The translations under genes and the position numbers were made by a program. From the IMG/VR virus record IMGVR_UViG_3300009060_000024: a DNA stretch of 20,000 nt; one strand, 5' to 3'. The stretch's first letter is position 1; every line of letters begins with the position of its first letter. The notes under the pieces are model-generated. The model saw only the letters and a list, made by a program, of their open reading frames with translations. It ran no database searches and was not told the origin of the DNA. This document shows positions 7,622 through 16,300 of this stretch, piece after piece. Origin of the DNA: an uncultured virus (IMG/VR IMGVR_UViG_3300009060_000024). Lineage: Duplodnaviria > Heunggongvirae > Uroviricota > Caudoviricetes.

Positions 7622-7650
7622 ACTAACCTAAGGTTATGCAAAGTCACTCG

Positions 7651-8805
7651 TCATCGAACGTCGCTGTACCGTGCCTCGTACCGGCACCCGTGGAGTGCGT
7701 CAAAATACGCCTGCCCGGCCAGCTCGTCCGGTTTTTCTATCATCCCGTGGGATATACCGTATCCGACCAAAACGCGCCACGGGACCGCGTGCGTGCCCAC
7801 AAAGCCTTTGTCAACAGCCGTACACCAAGCACGGTAGTGTAGAGTATCATCTCTGTCCCATTTGCGTCTAACGTCATCACATGATCTTCCAGTAGCCTCT
7901 ACTGCTAAGAACTGTTGCGCGTTTAGACCACATCCTTGCGAACTCCCATAATCATGCCTCCAACATGTAAACGTGTCTCCATCTGAGTTCTTCATGAAGT
8001 TCGATCCGGTTTCACTTCCATGAACAGGATGTGCTATCCTCTTGCCCGGAGAAAGCCATGGCAACACATCATCAGCGTCCAACTTATAGAAATCGTATCT
8101 TGTGTCTTTATTTGACGTTGATGAGTATGTCTTTGACGGATGGTAATCTGGTCTTGTTGGCTTTATGTATTCTTGAAGAGCCTCCATCATATCATCCTTA
8201 GATATTGATGTGATCGAATCACCTCTAAGAGGTCCATATCTGTTGCCACTAGGATGAACAGACCCCGGACCAACTACATACCCGTGAGGATCACATTTGA
8301 CCTCGCCTAAGTGCGACCACTCATATTGCTTAACACATTCTCCATCACTATCAATCCAGCATTGATAATCGTCATCACTACACTCATGAGGTTTTTCTTT
8401 ATAGTGCAGTATCTGTCTCACATTCATTCCCTCGCATTTATAGAATAGATGGACACCATCTCTTGATCCTGTCACTTGGTAGAGTGTGTCTGGCAATTTA
8501 GACGTTATGTCATCAACATAGCTCTTGTCATCTATATCAATAACTGCTAGGTCATTTGCGCATGCTATCCCGTAACCATATCCAGCGTCGAAGTACGCAT
8601 TAAGAATCTCGCTATCTGCTGCATACCTATTATCCTCAAACCCATGAGCATAATTCCATCCTTTATTTTTGAATGGTATAGGGAAAAACACCTCGCCTAA
8701 GCACCACAGGTCGTGAGGTATCTTATCCTGCCAATTTGGACGCCACCATTGATGTTTTCTTTTGTGTGCCCAATCTGGCTCATGGCCGTCGCACTTCTGA
8801 CTCAT
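7651..8805 (-). CDS. Bifunctional primase-polymerase (prim-pol) with C-terminal His/Cys domain
   Basis: GYGI...VIDIDD, TGSRDGVHLFY, GYVVGPGSVHPSG; C-terminal HPVH...FTCWRH. Confidence 0.88.
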   Translation of the reverse strand: MSQKCDGHEPDWAHKRKHQWWRPNWQDKIPHDLWCLGEVFFPIPFKNKGWNYAHGFEDNRYAADSEILNAYFDAGYGYGIACANDLAVIDIDDKSYVDDITSKLPDTLYQVTGSRDGVHLFYKCEGMNVRQILHYKEKPHECSDDDYQCWIDSDGECVKQYEWSHLGEVKCDPHGYVVGPGSVHPSGNRYGPLRGDSITSISKDDMMEALQEYIKPTRPDYHPSKTYSSTSNKDTRYDFYKLDADDVLPWLSPGKRIAHPVHGSETGSNFMKNSDGDTFTCWRHDYGSSQGCGLNAQQFLAVEATGRSCDDVRRKWDRDDTLHYRAWCTAVDKGFVGTHAVPWRVLVGYGISHGMIEKPDELAGQAYFDALHGCRYEARYSDVR

Positions 8806-9149
8806 TTAGCGTCACTCACTACCTTTTTACCTTCCTCACTCTTTAGTTTATTCTTAAACACCCCGCTAGGGTAACACGTCGGTACGTACAGGTCCTGATT
8901 AAGGGATTCGTATGGGTATATATCCCCATTCTCCTGCTCTCTTATTCCAACGGGTATCTCACAGTTGTTCTTTATGTGTATTTGCGACATCTCTTTGTCG
9001 CCGTGGTACACAACATCAGGATCTGCTACAGCAAGCAGTATCTGTGTTGCAGCTTCCTCCCTGAGGTAGTAATCAGACGTTTTATCAGGTTCCTGCAACA
9101 CCCTCTCTATGTATTTGTCCACGGCATGACTGTCTATGTTTACTATCAT
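8802..9149 (-). CDS. Hypothetical protein, possibly RelE-like ribonuclease fold
   Basis: N-terminal IDSHAVDKYIERV motif. Confidence 0.55.
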   Translation of the reverse strand: MIVNIDSHAVDKYIERVLQEPDKTSDYYLREEAATQILLAVADPDVVYHGDKEMSQIHIKNNCEIPVGIREQENGDIYPYESLNQDLYVPTCYPSGVFKNKLKSEEGKKVVSDAK

Positions 9150-10318
9150 ATATCACTGAGGAATCCATCATCTTCATCGTCTTCATCGCTGTTGAAGTTT
9201 ATGCTATTTTCCCCACTCCTCACTACCCACTTCGTTGTTTCAGCATCTGTTCCAGCCCTTTTAGCATCTATGCGTTGAAGTATCTTATATATTTCGACCG
9301 TTGTAAGGCCAGTCCTAGATTGTATCTCATCATATGACAGAGGATTATCGAATAACATGTCTAATACACGCTCGTCCATATCAAGAGATGCTATCTTCCT
9401 GCTTTGTTTTAGATGTTGTATATACGACTCCATTACATTAGGATCTGTCTTAAGACCCCACCAATTACGAGCAGCCATATACGATTGAACGTCCCTGCTT
9501 TCACGAGGTGTTAGTTTGTACTTCTTATACAGAGGTGCAGGCGGTTTGAAATTTGTAGACACCTCTATATCCTGTTTGAGCATGCGTCTGACAGTATTGA
9601 CCTCTTCCTCTGTTATCATGCTTTCAACAGATGGAGCTGTGTCCATTGCGTGTGTTATTTCACCAGTCAATGGCTCAGCGGGTGTTATAATGTTGAACCT
9701 AGATTTAAGCGCATACTCATCTAAAAGCGACGGGTCATGAGTAGCTCCCCAAAACACGAAGTTTGTATGCAAATCAAATTCATTCTCGGATTTGAACTTG
9801 ATGGCTTCGCCGTATTTCTCTTGTATGTTGGACTTCTCGGATTCTGAAAGCTGTGCGATCTTGTTGAGGGAAACATTTGTGTGTCCCTCTTCTAGAAGAT
9901 TAAGGAAAGTATGTAGCAGTTCATCCTCGAAGTTTGTCTGACCAAATTCGGTGCTAATTAGTATGGGTGTGCGTAGTGGTTTTGGAGGTGAAAACCTACC
10001 TCCCTCAACCGAACCTCTGATAACAGCTTCAGTTACCTTGCCGCATGTAGATACCATATCATCACCCAGTACTTTCTTGAGTTTCATAAGTATGGTTGTC
10101 TTCACCCATCCAGGCTCCCATGTGAGCATCACATGGTTCCTAAATCTGTATGGTGGATCTGAGTGCTTTTGTATATTCCAAGAAGCAGCACTCAACAAAC
10201 ATTCTCTAGCAACCTGAGCGCCTAGGAAACTATACTTTTCCGTGAACGCATCTCTGATCGTCTCATATATTTCTCTTCGTTGCTTCGCAACTTGATCATC
10301 CATTTGTTGTTTAGGCAT
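9146..10318 (-). CDS. Divergent MCM-like AAA+ ATPase with C-terminal winged helix
   Basis: HVMLTWEPGWVKT (Walker A-like), ISTEF (Walker B-like), LLEEG, ALKSRF arginine finger, TPRE sensor 2. Confidence 0.75.
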   Translation of the reverse strand: MPKQQMDDQVAKQRREIYETIRDAFTEKYSFLGAQVARECLLSAASWNIQKHSDPPYRFRNHVMLTWEPGWVKTTILMKLKKVLGDDMVSTCGKVTEAVIRGSVEGGRFSPPKPLRTPILISTEFGQTNFEDELLHTFLNLLEEGHTNVSLNKIAQLSESEKSNIQEKYGEAIKFKSENEFDLHTNFVFWGATHDPSLLDEYALKSRFNIITPAEPLTGEITHAMDTAPSVESMITEEEVNTVRRMLKQDIEVSTNFKPPAPLYKKYKLTPRESRDVQSYMAARNWWGLKTDPNVMESYIQHLKQSRKIASLDMDERVLDMLFDNPLSYDEIQSRTGLTTVEIYKILQRIDAKRAGTDAETTKWVVRSGENSINFNSDEDDEDDGFLSDI

Positions 10319-10340
10319 TAGTAAAGAACCTCTTTTTCAA

Positions 10341-11297
10341 TCAATTCCCCATTTCCATTTCTTCTATAACGTCTGAGAGGAACCCGTCGTCATCGGTGTT
10401 TTTATCTCCCCAACTCGATAGACCAGTCTGATCCTCATTTGACCATTTTCGCACCTCTTCAGGATCGTAATTTGTTATAAGTGTTTCTACCGTTTCCTTT
10501 CCTTCACCTTTGACACCACTATTTATAAAGTTGGTGGACTTCTCTCGCGAGATATAATAATCCTCCAACCTGTCGGGGATTTCATCGTATGAAACCATCC
10601 ATTTTCCTTCTATGCTCTCAAGGTTGTCACAGAACTTATCATGACTGAAGTCTGATTCAAGGTAATATGATTCTGTTCCAATGTATGGAGGATCAAAATA
10701 GAAGAACGTGTCTTCGCTGTCATAGTAATCTATCAACTTCTCATATGACACGTTCTCTATTGTAACGGAGTCAAAACATCCGACGAACTCCTTTAGCCTC
10801 TTCTTTGCATTTGAAAATGTGGCAGCTCCATTCTGGACCTTGCTTCTTCCAAAACCGGATTTACTCTGGTATTTTGCACCAAACTGCATATATCTTAAAC
10901 AAAAGAATATGCCAGCTCTCTGTATGTGGCCATGGGATATATCATCCGATGACACCATTGAAGACTCTAGAACCGGGGCGGGCGGTTCATAATCAGAATC
11001 CTCCTCGTCCCAATGGTAAAACGCCATACCAAACTCTTGGTATGTCTCATACGAGTAAGGCACGCCGTGTAACCATTCAATCAGCCTGTCTGGAGCTTCT
11101 CTGTACACTGTGAAGAAATGAACCAGGTCACTATCTAAATCATTGTACACGTCCACATCTGCAGGCTCCTTATTAAGAAGAACAGCACCAGATCCTCCGA
11201 ACCCTTCGACGTAGCATTTATGTTGAGGCATCATAGATTGTATTCTCTTGAACATTCTTGACTTACCACCAGGCCACTGGAACAATGTATCTGCCAT
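10341..11297 (-). CDS. DNA N6-adenine methyltransferase, Dam/D12 class
   Basis: WPGGKSR, YVEGFGGSGAV, YNDLD, YFDPPY, WMVSYD, ETLITNY. Confidence 0.95.
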   Translation of the reverse strand: MADTLFQWPGGKSRMFKRIQSMMPQHKCYVEGFGGSGAVLLNKEPADVDVYNDLDSDLVHFFTVYREAPDRLIEWLHGVPYSYETYQEFGMAFYHWDEEDSDYEPPAPVLESSMVSSDDISHGHIQRAGIFFCLRYMQFGAKYQSKSGFGRSKVQNGAATFSNAKKRLKEFVGCFDSVTIENVSYEKLIDYYDSEDTFFYFDPPYIGTESYYLESDFSHDKFCDNLESIEGKWMVSYDEIPDRLEDYYISREKSTNFINSGVKGEGKETVETLITNYDPEEVRKWSNEDQTGLSSWGDKNTDDDGFLSDVIEEMEMGN

Positions 11298-11319
11298 ATA
11301 TACTAATTATGCAATGTTG

Positions 11320-11616
11320 CTACAGCCTATATCTTTCTGGATGGTCCTCAGCTCTCTTTATTCCCTGGTTTACCCAATGATTATATTTATACATTGGTTT
11401 GAGGTTAACTACATTAATATGTACAAGAGATACAACGTCCTTATAATGCACATCTAGCTCATTTGCAATTGCTTTGAACGCAAGATGCCTTCTGTAATCA
11501 AGCTTCTCCTTTCTTCCCATCATTCTAAAATCACAGTTAATCTTGCTTTCATACATTGGTATGCGTTTATCTGCTGTGTTCCACATTTCAATAAGTTTTT
11601 CTCTCTTAGATGTCAT
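11320..11616 (-). CDS. Hypothetical protein
   Basis: 98-aa ORF tiling the operon. Confidence 0.65.
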   Translation of the reverse strand: MTSKREKLIEMWNTADKRIPMYESKINCDFRMMGRKEKLDYRRHLAFKAIANELDVHYKDVVSLVHINVVNLKPMYKYNHWVNQGIKRAEDHPERYRL

Positions 11617-12088
11617 CCAACAAAGCTTTCACACCTTTTCCACCAGAATCGTCTTCTGGTTCATTATCCTGCTCATCTTCGTCTGACATGAGTTTGTTCA
11701 ACAGTTCCGATCCTTCGTCATTTGAACTGGATTGTTTGTCTTGTTTACTTATATATCTTATAGACTCAGGATAATCGTCTTCGTGATCTCTGAAGTCATG
11801 TATGCCATGATCGTGTATTTGGCTTACTGCTGTGTTTGGGAGTGTCATTGTATGCCCACATATATCAGATATGACCTCTTTTATATGTTTGTCATTGTCA
11901 TAGAATCTGTTCCACTCATTCTTCCAGAAATCCTTCCCGTGGTTGATCCTGAACACATTAAGATCAGACTCTTCCTCTATTCTCCTAAGCCTGTCATAAT
12001 CGTCTTCCTCCTCTTCTTTTGTTGGCCTTCCGCCTTTGTTGTCTGGATACTTTTCTTGGCTGGTTCCCTCTAAGTCAAACAGTCCCAT
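11606..12088 (-). CDS. Hypothetical acidic protein
   Basis: 160-aa ORF; starts MGLFDL and ends GVKALLDDI. Confidence 0.75.
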   Translation of the reverse strand: MGLFDLEGTSQEKYPDNKGGRPTKEEEEDDYDRLRRIEEESDLNVFRINHGKDFWKNEWNRFYDNDKHIKEVISDICGHTMTLPNTAVSQIHDHGIHDFRDHEDDYPESIRYISKQDKQSSSNDEGSELLNKLMSDEDEQDNEPEDDSGGKGVKALLDDI

Positions 12089-12089
12089 T

Positions 12090-12317
12090 TTATCCTAGCA
12101 CCCATGCAATCTTACAAATGGTAGGGTATGAGAACGGACTGTTCTTGATCACCCGAGCCTGAATATATAAACACGCACAAAACGCAAAGATGAATAATGA
12201 CTTTACTAGCGATCCTAGAGGAAACAAAGCCATAGCCAAAAGACCGACGGATGATATTCCAAATCTCCATCGTATGACGAAACTCTCCCACTTACCGATT
12301 TCTCTTGTGTCAGTCAT
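12090..12317 (-). CDS. Small membrane protein (start MTDTREI)
   Basis: Two hydrophobic segments; the upstream in-frame extension overlaps another gene and a promoter. Confidence 0.6.
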   Translation of the reverse strand: MTDTREIGKWESFVIRWRFGISSVGLLAMALFPLGSLVKSLFIFAFCACLYIQARVIKNSPFSYPTICKIAWVLG

Positions 12318-12393
12318 GTGTTGTTGTTGGCACTCAAATGAGGCGGTGAGTTTCTTCGCCCCGGTGCCGTACCGAAAAACCGCATGCAACCCC

Positions 12394-12404
12394 CTTAAAA
12401 TTAA
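12394..12404 (-). promoter_or_regulatory. Putative TATA box (TTAATTTTAAG)
   Basis: About 26 nt upstream of a GC-rich leader hairpin. Confidence 0.45.
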
Positions 12405-12426
12405 CGGCTCCCTGTTGGGAGTGTGG

Positions 12427-12591
12427 TTATCTGCAGTCGGCCAGATCAACAACGTCCTCGTCAGGAGAGTACGCAATCCATTCGCATGGGTTGTACTCGT
12501 TGTATGAGTACACGAGTCCGTTACCCCATTCCTGAGTGGCGTACTCTTCATCATCTGACGTTGTTGGGCCGTTCCATTCTTTTACCGACAT
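12427..12591 (-). CDS. Small acidic haloarchaeal-type hypothetical protein (start MSVKEW)
   Basis: GLVYSYNEYNPCEWI...VVDLADCR; promoter upstream. Confidence 0.6.
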   Translation of the reverse strand: MSVKEWNGPTTSDDEEYATQEWGNGLVYSYNEYNPCEWIAYSPDEDVVDLADCR

Positions 12592-12630
12592 TGTTTTGCC
12601 TCTTACGTTTTCTGTTACACGTAGTGAGCA

Positions 12631-12640
12631 TATAAACCTT
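12631..12640 (-). promoter_or_regulatory. Putative BRE/TATA promoter (AAGGTTTATA)
   Basis: Typical haloarchaeal promoter pattern just after the UvrD stop. Confidence 0.6.
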
Positions 12641-12644
12641 GCTA

Positions 12645-14522
12645 CTATTGGTTGTCCCAATTCCCATTCATCGTTCGTTGTCCAGACTGCCACTTAGACG
12701 CCTTGTACTCGTCTCCAAGCAAGTTTGATAGTTCTATCGCGGAAGACGGGTCTATAACACCCTGTGCCAACACAAGCTTTTCTGAAGCCCGTGTCATGCC
12801 CACATAATACACGCGCCTCTCCTCATCTGTAAGTGGCACCTGAGATATTGGAGTGTTAATCTGCTCACGTCTATCGACATTTTCATTGAACTCCTCCCTC
12901 ATGTTCGTCATTATTGTCTTTGTTGTGTCCGTTGCCAATAGCACAGTTTCAGCCTCCTTACCTTTGGAGCTGTGTATGGTTCCTATACGGACCCGGTCAG
13001 GGTCCATATCATCGTTACCATTTACAATATTGCCCCTTATGGCAGACTTCTCGTACCAATTCAGCTCTTCTGTTTTGTCTAAGTACATTATGGCAGCACT
13101 TCTGTACTCAGTTTCGTTACGCATAAATGGGAATATCTCATTTAGCCTGTCTTTACTTATGCCTCCAAAGTGAGACATGACCTTTTCAGATTCAGACACG
13201 TCACTCCTGTCATTATACATGTCATCCTCTGCATATTCTATTAGCTGGTCTAACTCATCACCATTTATCTTTCCTTTACCGTTGTGTATTTTAGCGAGGC
13301 CATCTCTAAGAGTGGTTATATCATCACTCCACGTATCATATGTACTCATGTTCCGGTATGGTATGCCTTCATCATGAAGAGTGTCCCTGAACTCATCTAT
13401 ATGATACCTCGCACGGAAAAGTATCATGCACTCGCCATCCTCTATATGCTCCAACACCTGTCTTGTAGAAGGTGCCCTCATGGGAATGAACTCTCCACCA
13501 TCTCCATTTGGAACAACATCTTTCTCTTGTCTGTGGTCTACTTGATGTATAACGCCATCACACACCTCCCAAATCTCTCTTGGGATTCTGTACGTTGTTT
13601 CAAGTACCTCAAAGTCACCTTCTTCGTTAAGCATAAATTCTGGATCTGCACCACTCCATCCATATATGCTTTGGTCATCATCACCTCCAAGATACACCTT
13701 CTCACACACGAGCTTTTGAAGCAAATACCACTCCCATTGAAGAGCTGTTAAGTCCTGCACCTCGTCAACGTACAGTACCTTTGTATCAATGAAAGCTCCT
13801 ATACCACGTATAATGTCTGGATCAAGCTGAGGGTCATTACACGCTTCAAGGAACATCTCCCTTGTAGTTGTGTTTTCATCTGCGAATAATACTCCCCAAC
13901 CAAGATTTTCTAGCTGTTTGTATCCAAGCTCGACGACATCCTCTATCATATCACCGAACCCTACCCACCCTCTGTCGTCCTTCCACATCTCCCATTGGCT
14001 CATTAGCCATTCTGGGTCTTCTGGGAATCCCCAATCAGCTGGACACTTCTCCCAGTCCTCTATATCAAGGCGGTTAGACTGGAGCCAACTGTATATTCGG
14101 AATAGCGCGTTTCCTTCTTGTTGGTCAGCTCCCATTATGTCATCTTGATCGTCGTCCCAGCCGAAGTTGAGATCATGTGCATCGCAGAACTTCTTTTTCT
14201 TCCAATGGTCTACAGTATCTTCACGCTTAAGACCAAGAGTGCTAAAGCATCTGCTGTGAATAGTTGTAACTCTGTCGTCTATCTTGTAACGAGGAGCATC
14301 TGTCATACGCTCAAGCCTGTCAGCCGCCTCGTCAACACCCGCATTGGTGTATGTTACAAGCATCTGTTCGTTAAGAGAATACTTATCAGAGTTCTCCAAG
14401 AACAGTCCGTCAAGGTCTAGATCTGGATTTCCAACAACGCGGGTGGTTTTTCCAGTTCCAGGAGCTCCAATCACCTTATAGACTTCCGGCCCTGGTGAAT
14501 CGTCCATGTTGTCCCTACTCAT
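12645..14522 (-). CDS. UvrD/Rep-family SF1 helicase
   Basis: GAPGTGKT, TYTNA, TIHS, VDEVQD, GDDDQSIYGWSGA, TYR, TIHSSKGKE, EERRVYYVGMTRA; start moved to MSRDNM. Confidence 0.95.
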   Translation of the reverse strand: MSRDNMDDSPGPEVYKVIGAPGTGKTTRVVGNPDLDLDGLFLENSDKYSLNEQMLVTYTNAGVDEAADRLERMTDAPRYKIDDRVTTIHSRCFSTLGLKREDTVDHWKKKKFCDAHDLNFGWDDDQDDIMGADQQEGNALFRIYSWLQSNRLDIEDWEKCPADWGFPEDPEWLMSQWEMWKDDRGWVGFGDMIEDVVELGYKQLENLGWGVLFADENTTTREMFLEACNDPQLDPDIIRGIGAFIDTKVLYVDEVQDLTALQWEWYLLQKLVCEKVYLGGDDDQSIYGWSGADPEFMLNEEGDFEVLETTYRIPREIWEVCDGVIHQVDHRQEKDVVPNGDGGEFIPMRAPSTRQVLEHIEDGECMILFRARYHIDEFRDTLHDEGIPYRNMSTYDTWSDDITTLRDGLAKIHNGKGKINGDELDQLIEYAEDDMYNDRSDVSESEKVMSHFGGISKDRLNEIFPFMRNETEYRSAAIMYLDKTEELNWYEKSAIRGNIVNGNDDMDPDRVRIGTIHSSKGKEAETVLLATDTTKTIMTNMREEFNENVDRREQINTPISQVPLTDEERRVYYVGMTRASEKLVLAQGVIDPSSAIELSNLLGDEYKASKWQSGQRTMNGNWDNQ

Positions 14523-15039
14523 CTTCCATAACCATGTTGTGTATTGAATTGTGAGGTTGGTTTCTACCAGTTGGTTCTTCATCTACTTCTGCTTCTTCTA
14601 CCTTAATCGTCCTGTTCCTCGTGTCATTGGTACTTCTCCAATGGTCATCATCTGTCCATTTTACCCACTTGCGTTCATATACAGATTTTACTTCTCTAAC
14701 GTAAACCTGCTTTAAATGAACAGATTTTGAAACCGACTTTTTCAAGTTAGATAACGGTATGCAGTCAATATAATTAGTGTTGTATCTGCTCTCATCGGTC
14801 GGCCCTCTGAACAATAGATGCTCACCATCAAGAATGGGCCACAAGGATTTGATCCAAACGTAACCCTCTTTTAGATCGACTCTGAATCTCTTTGGGTGAC
14901 ATCTGTATTGGGTATGTTCCTCTTCTCTCCATTCTAAATCTACGGGGGTCATTCTTTTTTCATCCTTTGTTTTGTCATTATATGAATCTTCTTGTTGAGT
15001 TTCGTGTCGGAGTTTTAATATTGATGGAACGTCAAACAT
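14515..15039 (-). CDS. Hypothetical protein
   Basis: 174-aa ORF tiling the operon. Confidence 0.65.
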   Translation of the reverse strand: MFDVPSILKLRHETQQEDSYNDKTKDEKRMTPVDLEWREEEHTQYRCHPKRFRVDLKEGYVWIKSLWPILDGEHLLFRGPTDESRYNTNYIDCIPLSNLKKSVSKSVHLKQVYVREVKSVYERKWVKWTDDDHWRSTNDTRNRTIKVEEAEVDEEPTGRNQPHNSIHNMVMEDE

Positions 15040-15045
15040 CTAATA

Positions 15046-15447
15046 TCACCCCCAGTTAAAATCTGCAAATGTTCTAAGCTTAATATTTGATGGCATCGTA
15101 AACATTACATACGACAACACCCATGCCACATTTCCAACGTCATATCGTATAACAGCTCCGAGATCCTCCATTTTATTGAGGTAATATGTAGCTGTTGATA
15201 TGTGCATGTTTGTATACTCAGCTATTTGTCCCGTACTCATTACATCATTGCCATGTTCAAAGGCGTTAAGTATTGCATGGTATGGGTTGTATTTGTTTCT
15301 GTTCTCCTCAAAGAACTTTTTTGTTCGTTTTGTATCAGTTGTCATTTGTGTCACGTCAATGTTTGTGTGGCTCCACACAATCTGGCCTGCGAGAACATCT
15401 GTCTCTAATACCTCTTTGCCCTTTTCGTTTGTGTCCGTATTGAACAC
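15046..15447 (-). CDS. Winged-helix DNA-binding protein
   Basis: MSTGQIAEYTNMHISTATYYLNKMEDLGAVIRYDVG. Confidence 0.75.
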   Translation of the reverse strand: MFNTDTNEKGKEVLETDVLAGQIVWSHTNIDVTQMTTDTKRTKKFFEENRNKYNPYHAILNAFEHGNDVMSTGQIAEYTNMHISTATYYLNKMEDLGAVIRYDVGNVAWVLSYVMFTMPSNIKLRTFADFNWG

Positions 15448-15516
15448 CAGATGGGCCTATTGTTATTCTGCATCCGCATTCACTACAATAAGTCTCGACC
15501 ACTCCATTCTTCTCTC

Positions 15517-15708
15517 CTACTGTAAGTGATCCTTTATTTCCAAAACCCATTTTAATGTATCGAGGTGGTGCTTTTTTCTTTCGTACTCGATCTTTGCATC
15601 CTGTATATCCTTGGTTGAACTCATGAAGTCTCCTTTGTACTTTCTTAACTCGATCATTTCACTCCTTAAATCTGATATTTTAGATTCTATATCCTCACGA
15701 CTCCTCAT
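15517..15708 (-). CDS. Small coiled-coil hypothetical protein
   Basis: MRSREDIESKI...LDTLKWVL pattern; ATGA overlap. Confidence 0.65.
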   Translation of the reverse strand: MRSREDIESKISDLRSEMIELRKYKGDFMSSTKDIQDAKIEYERKKHHLDTLKWVLEIKDHLQ

Positions 15709-15902
15709 TCGTGGTTAAGCGACCACCATTTGTCGAACAGTGATCTTGCAGTCTGTTCAGATATGTCGCTTAGTTCGTCCTCCCCAACTCTCTTGTGCCA
15801 TCCCTTGACGAATGATTCTTTTGCTATCTCCTTTACGTCTTCTTTCGTGTATTGATATTCGATGTTCATATCTCCGGTTGCCGATCTCTTATGTTGTTCC
15901 AT
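15705..15902 (-). CDS. Hypothetical protein
   Basis: 65-aa ORF directly after tRNA-Leu. Confidence 0.65.
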   Translation of the reverse strand: MEQHKRSATGDMNIEYQYTKEDVKEIAKESFVKGWHKRVGEDELSDISEQTARSLFDKWWSLNHE

Positions 15903-15911
15903 TACGCTAAG

Positions 15912-15993
15912 TGGTGCTGGCCGGATTTGAACCGACGAATGACTAACAACTCGGTCTTAAGCCGAGCGCCTTTGGCCGCTTGGCTACAGCACC
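15912..15993 (-). tRNA. tRNA-Leu(TAA)
   Basis: GGTGCTG/CAGCACC acceptor, A73; arm CTCGG-CTTAAGA-CCGAG; extended variable region. Confidence 0.93.
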
Positions 15994-15997
15994 ACAA

Positions 15998-16068
15998 TGC
16001 GCCATCGAGGAATCGAACCTCGAACTCTACCTTGTAAGGGTAGCGTCATACCGTTTGACCAACGGCGC
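15998..16068 (-). tRNA. tRNA-Val(TAC)
   Basis: GCGCCGT/ATGGCGC acceptor; arm CTACC-CTTACAA-GGTAG. Confidence 0.95.
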
Positions 16069-16069
16069 T

Positions 16070-16200
16070 ATATATACTCTTTAGAGATGTATACTCTATT
16101 TACTACTATACAAACAGGCGGCGCGAAGCGCCGCCTAAGCTGTATACTCTAACAGCTTAATAGAGTAATACAGCTCATATTACTACTAGTTGGTACTAGA
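16070..16200. repeat. AT-rich non-coding region with TATACTCT x3, TACTACTA x2 and two adjacent inverted repeats (origin candidate)
   Basis: AGGCGGCGC-GAA-GCGCCGCCT at 16116-16136; TAAGCTGT-N8-ACAGCTTA at 16136-16159. Confidence 0.55.
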
Positions 16201-16204
16201 CTAC

Positions 16205-16243
16205 TATAACCTTTATGGTTCATAGTTGATAGTAAGGTTTAAG
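16205..16243. promoter_or_regulatory. Back-to-back promoter-like motifs: AAAGGTTATA (-) and AAGGTTTAAG (+)
   Basis: 16205-16214 on the minus strand and 16234-16243 on the plus strand. Confidence 0.5.
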
Positions 16244-16300
16244 TGGGGTGTGTTCTATATGGGTATAGAGAAAGAGATCTGTATGTTATTCAAAACAGTT

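Noticed and set aside
14523..14582. N-terminal extension of UvrD in the ORF track
   Set aside because: Overlaps the upstream gene by about 60 nt; the ATG at 14522 fits the usual short overlap
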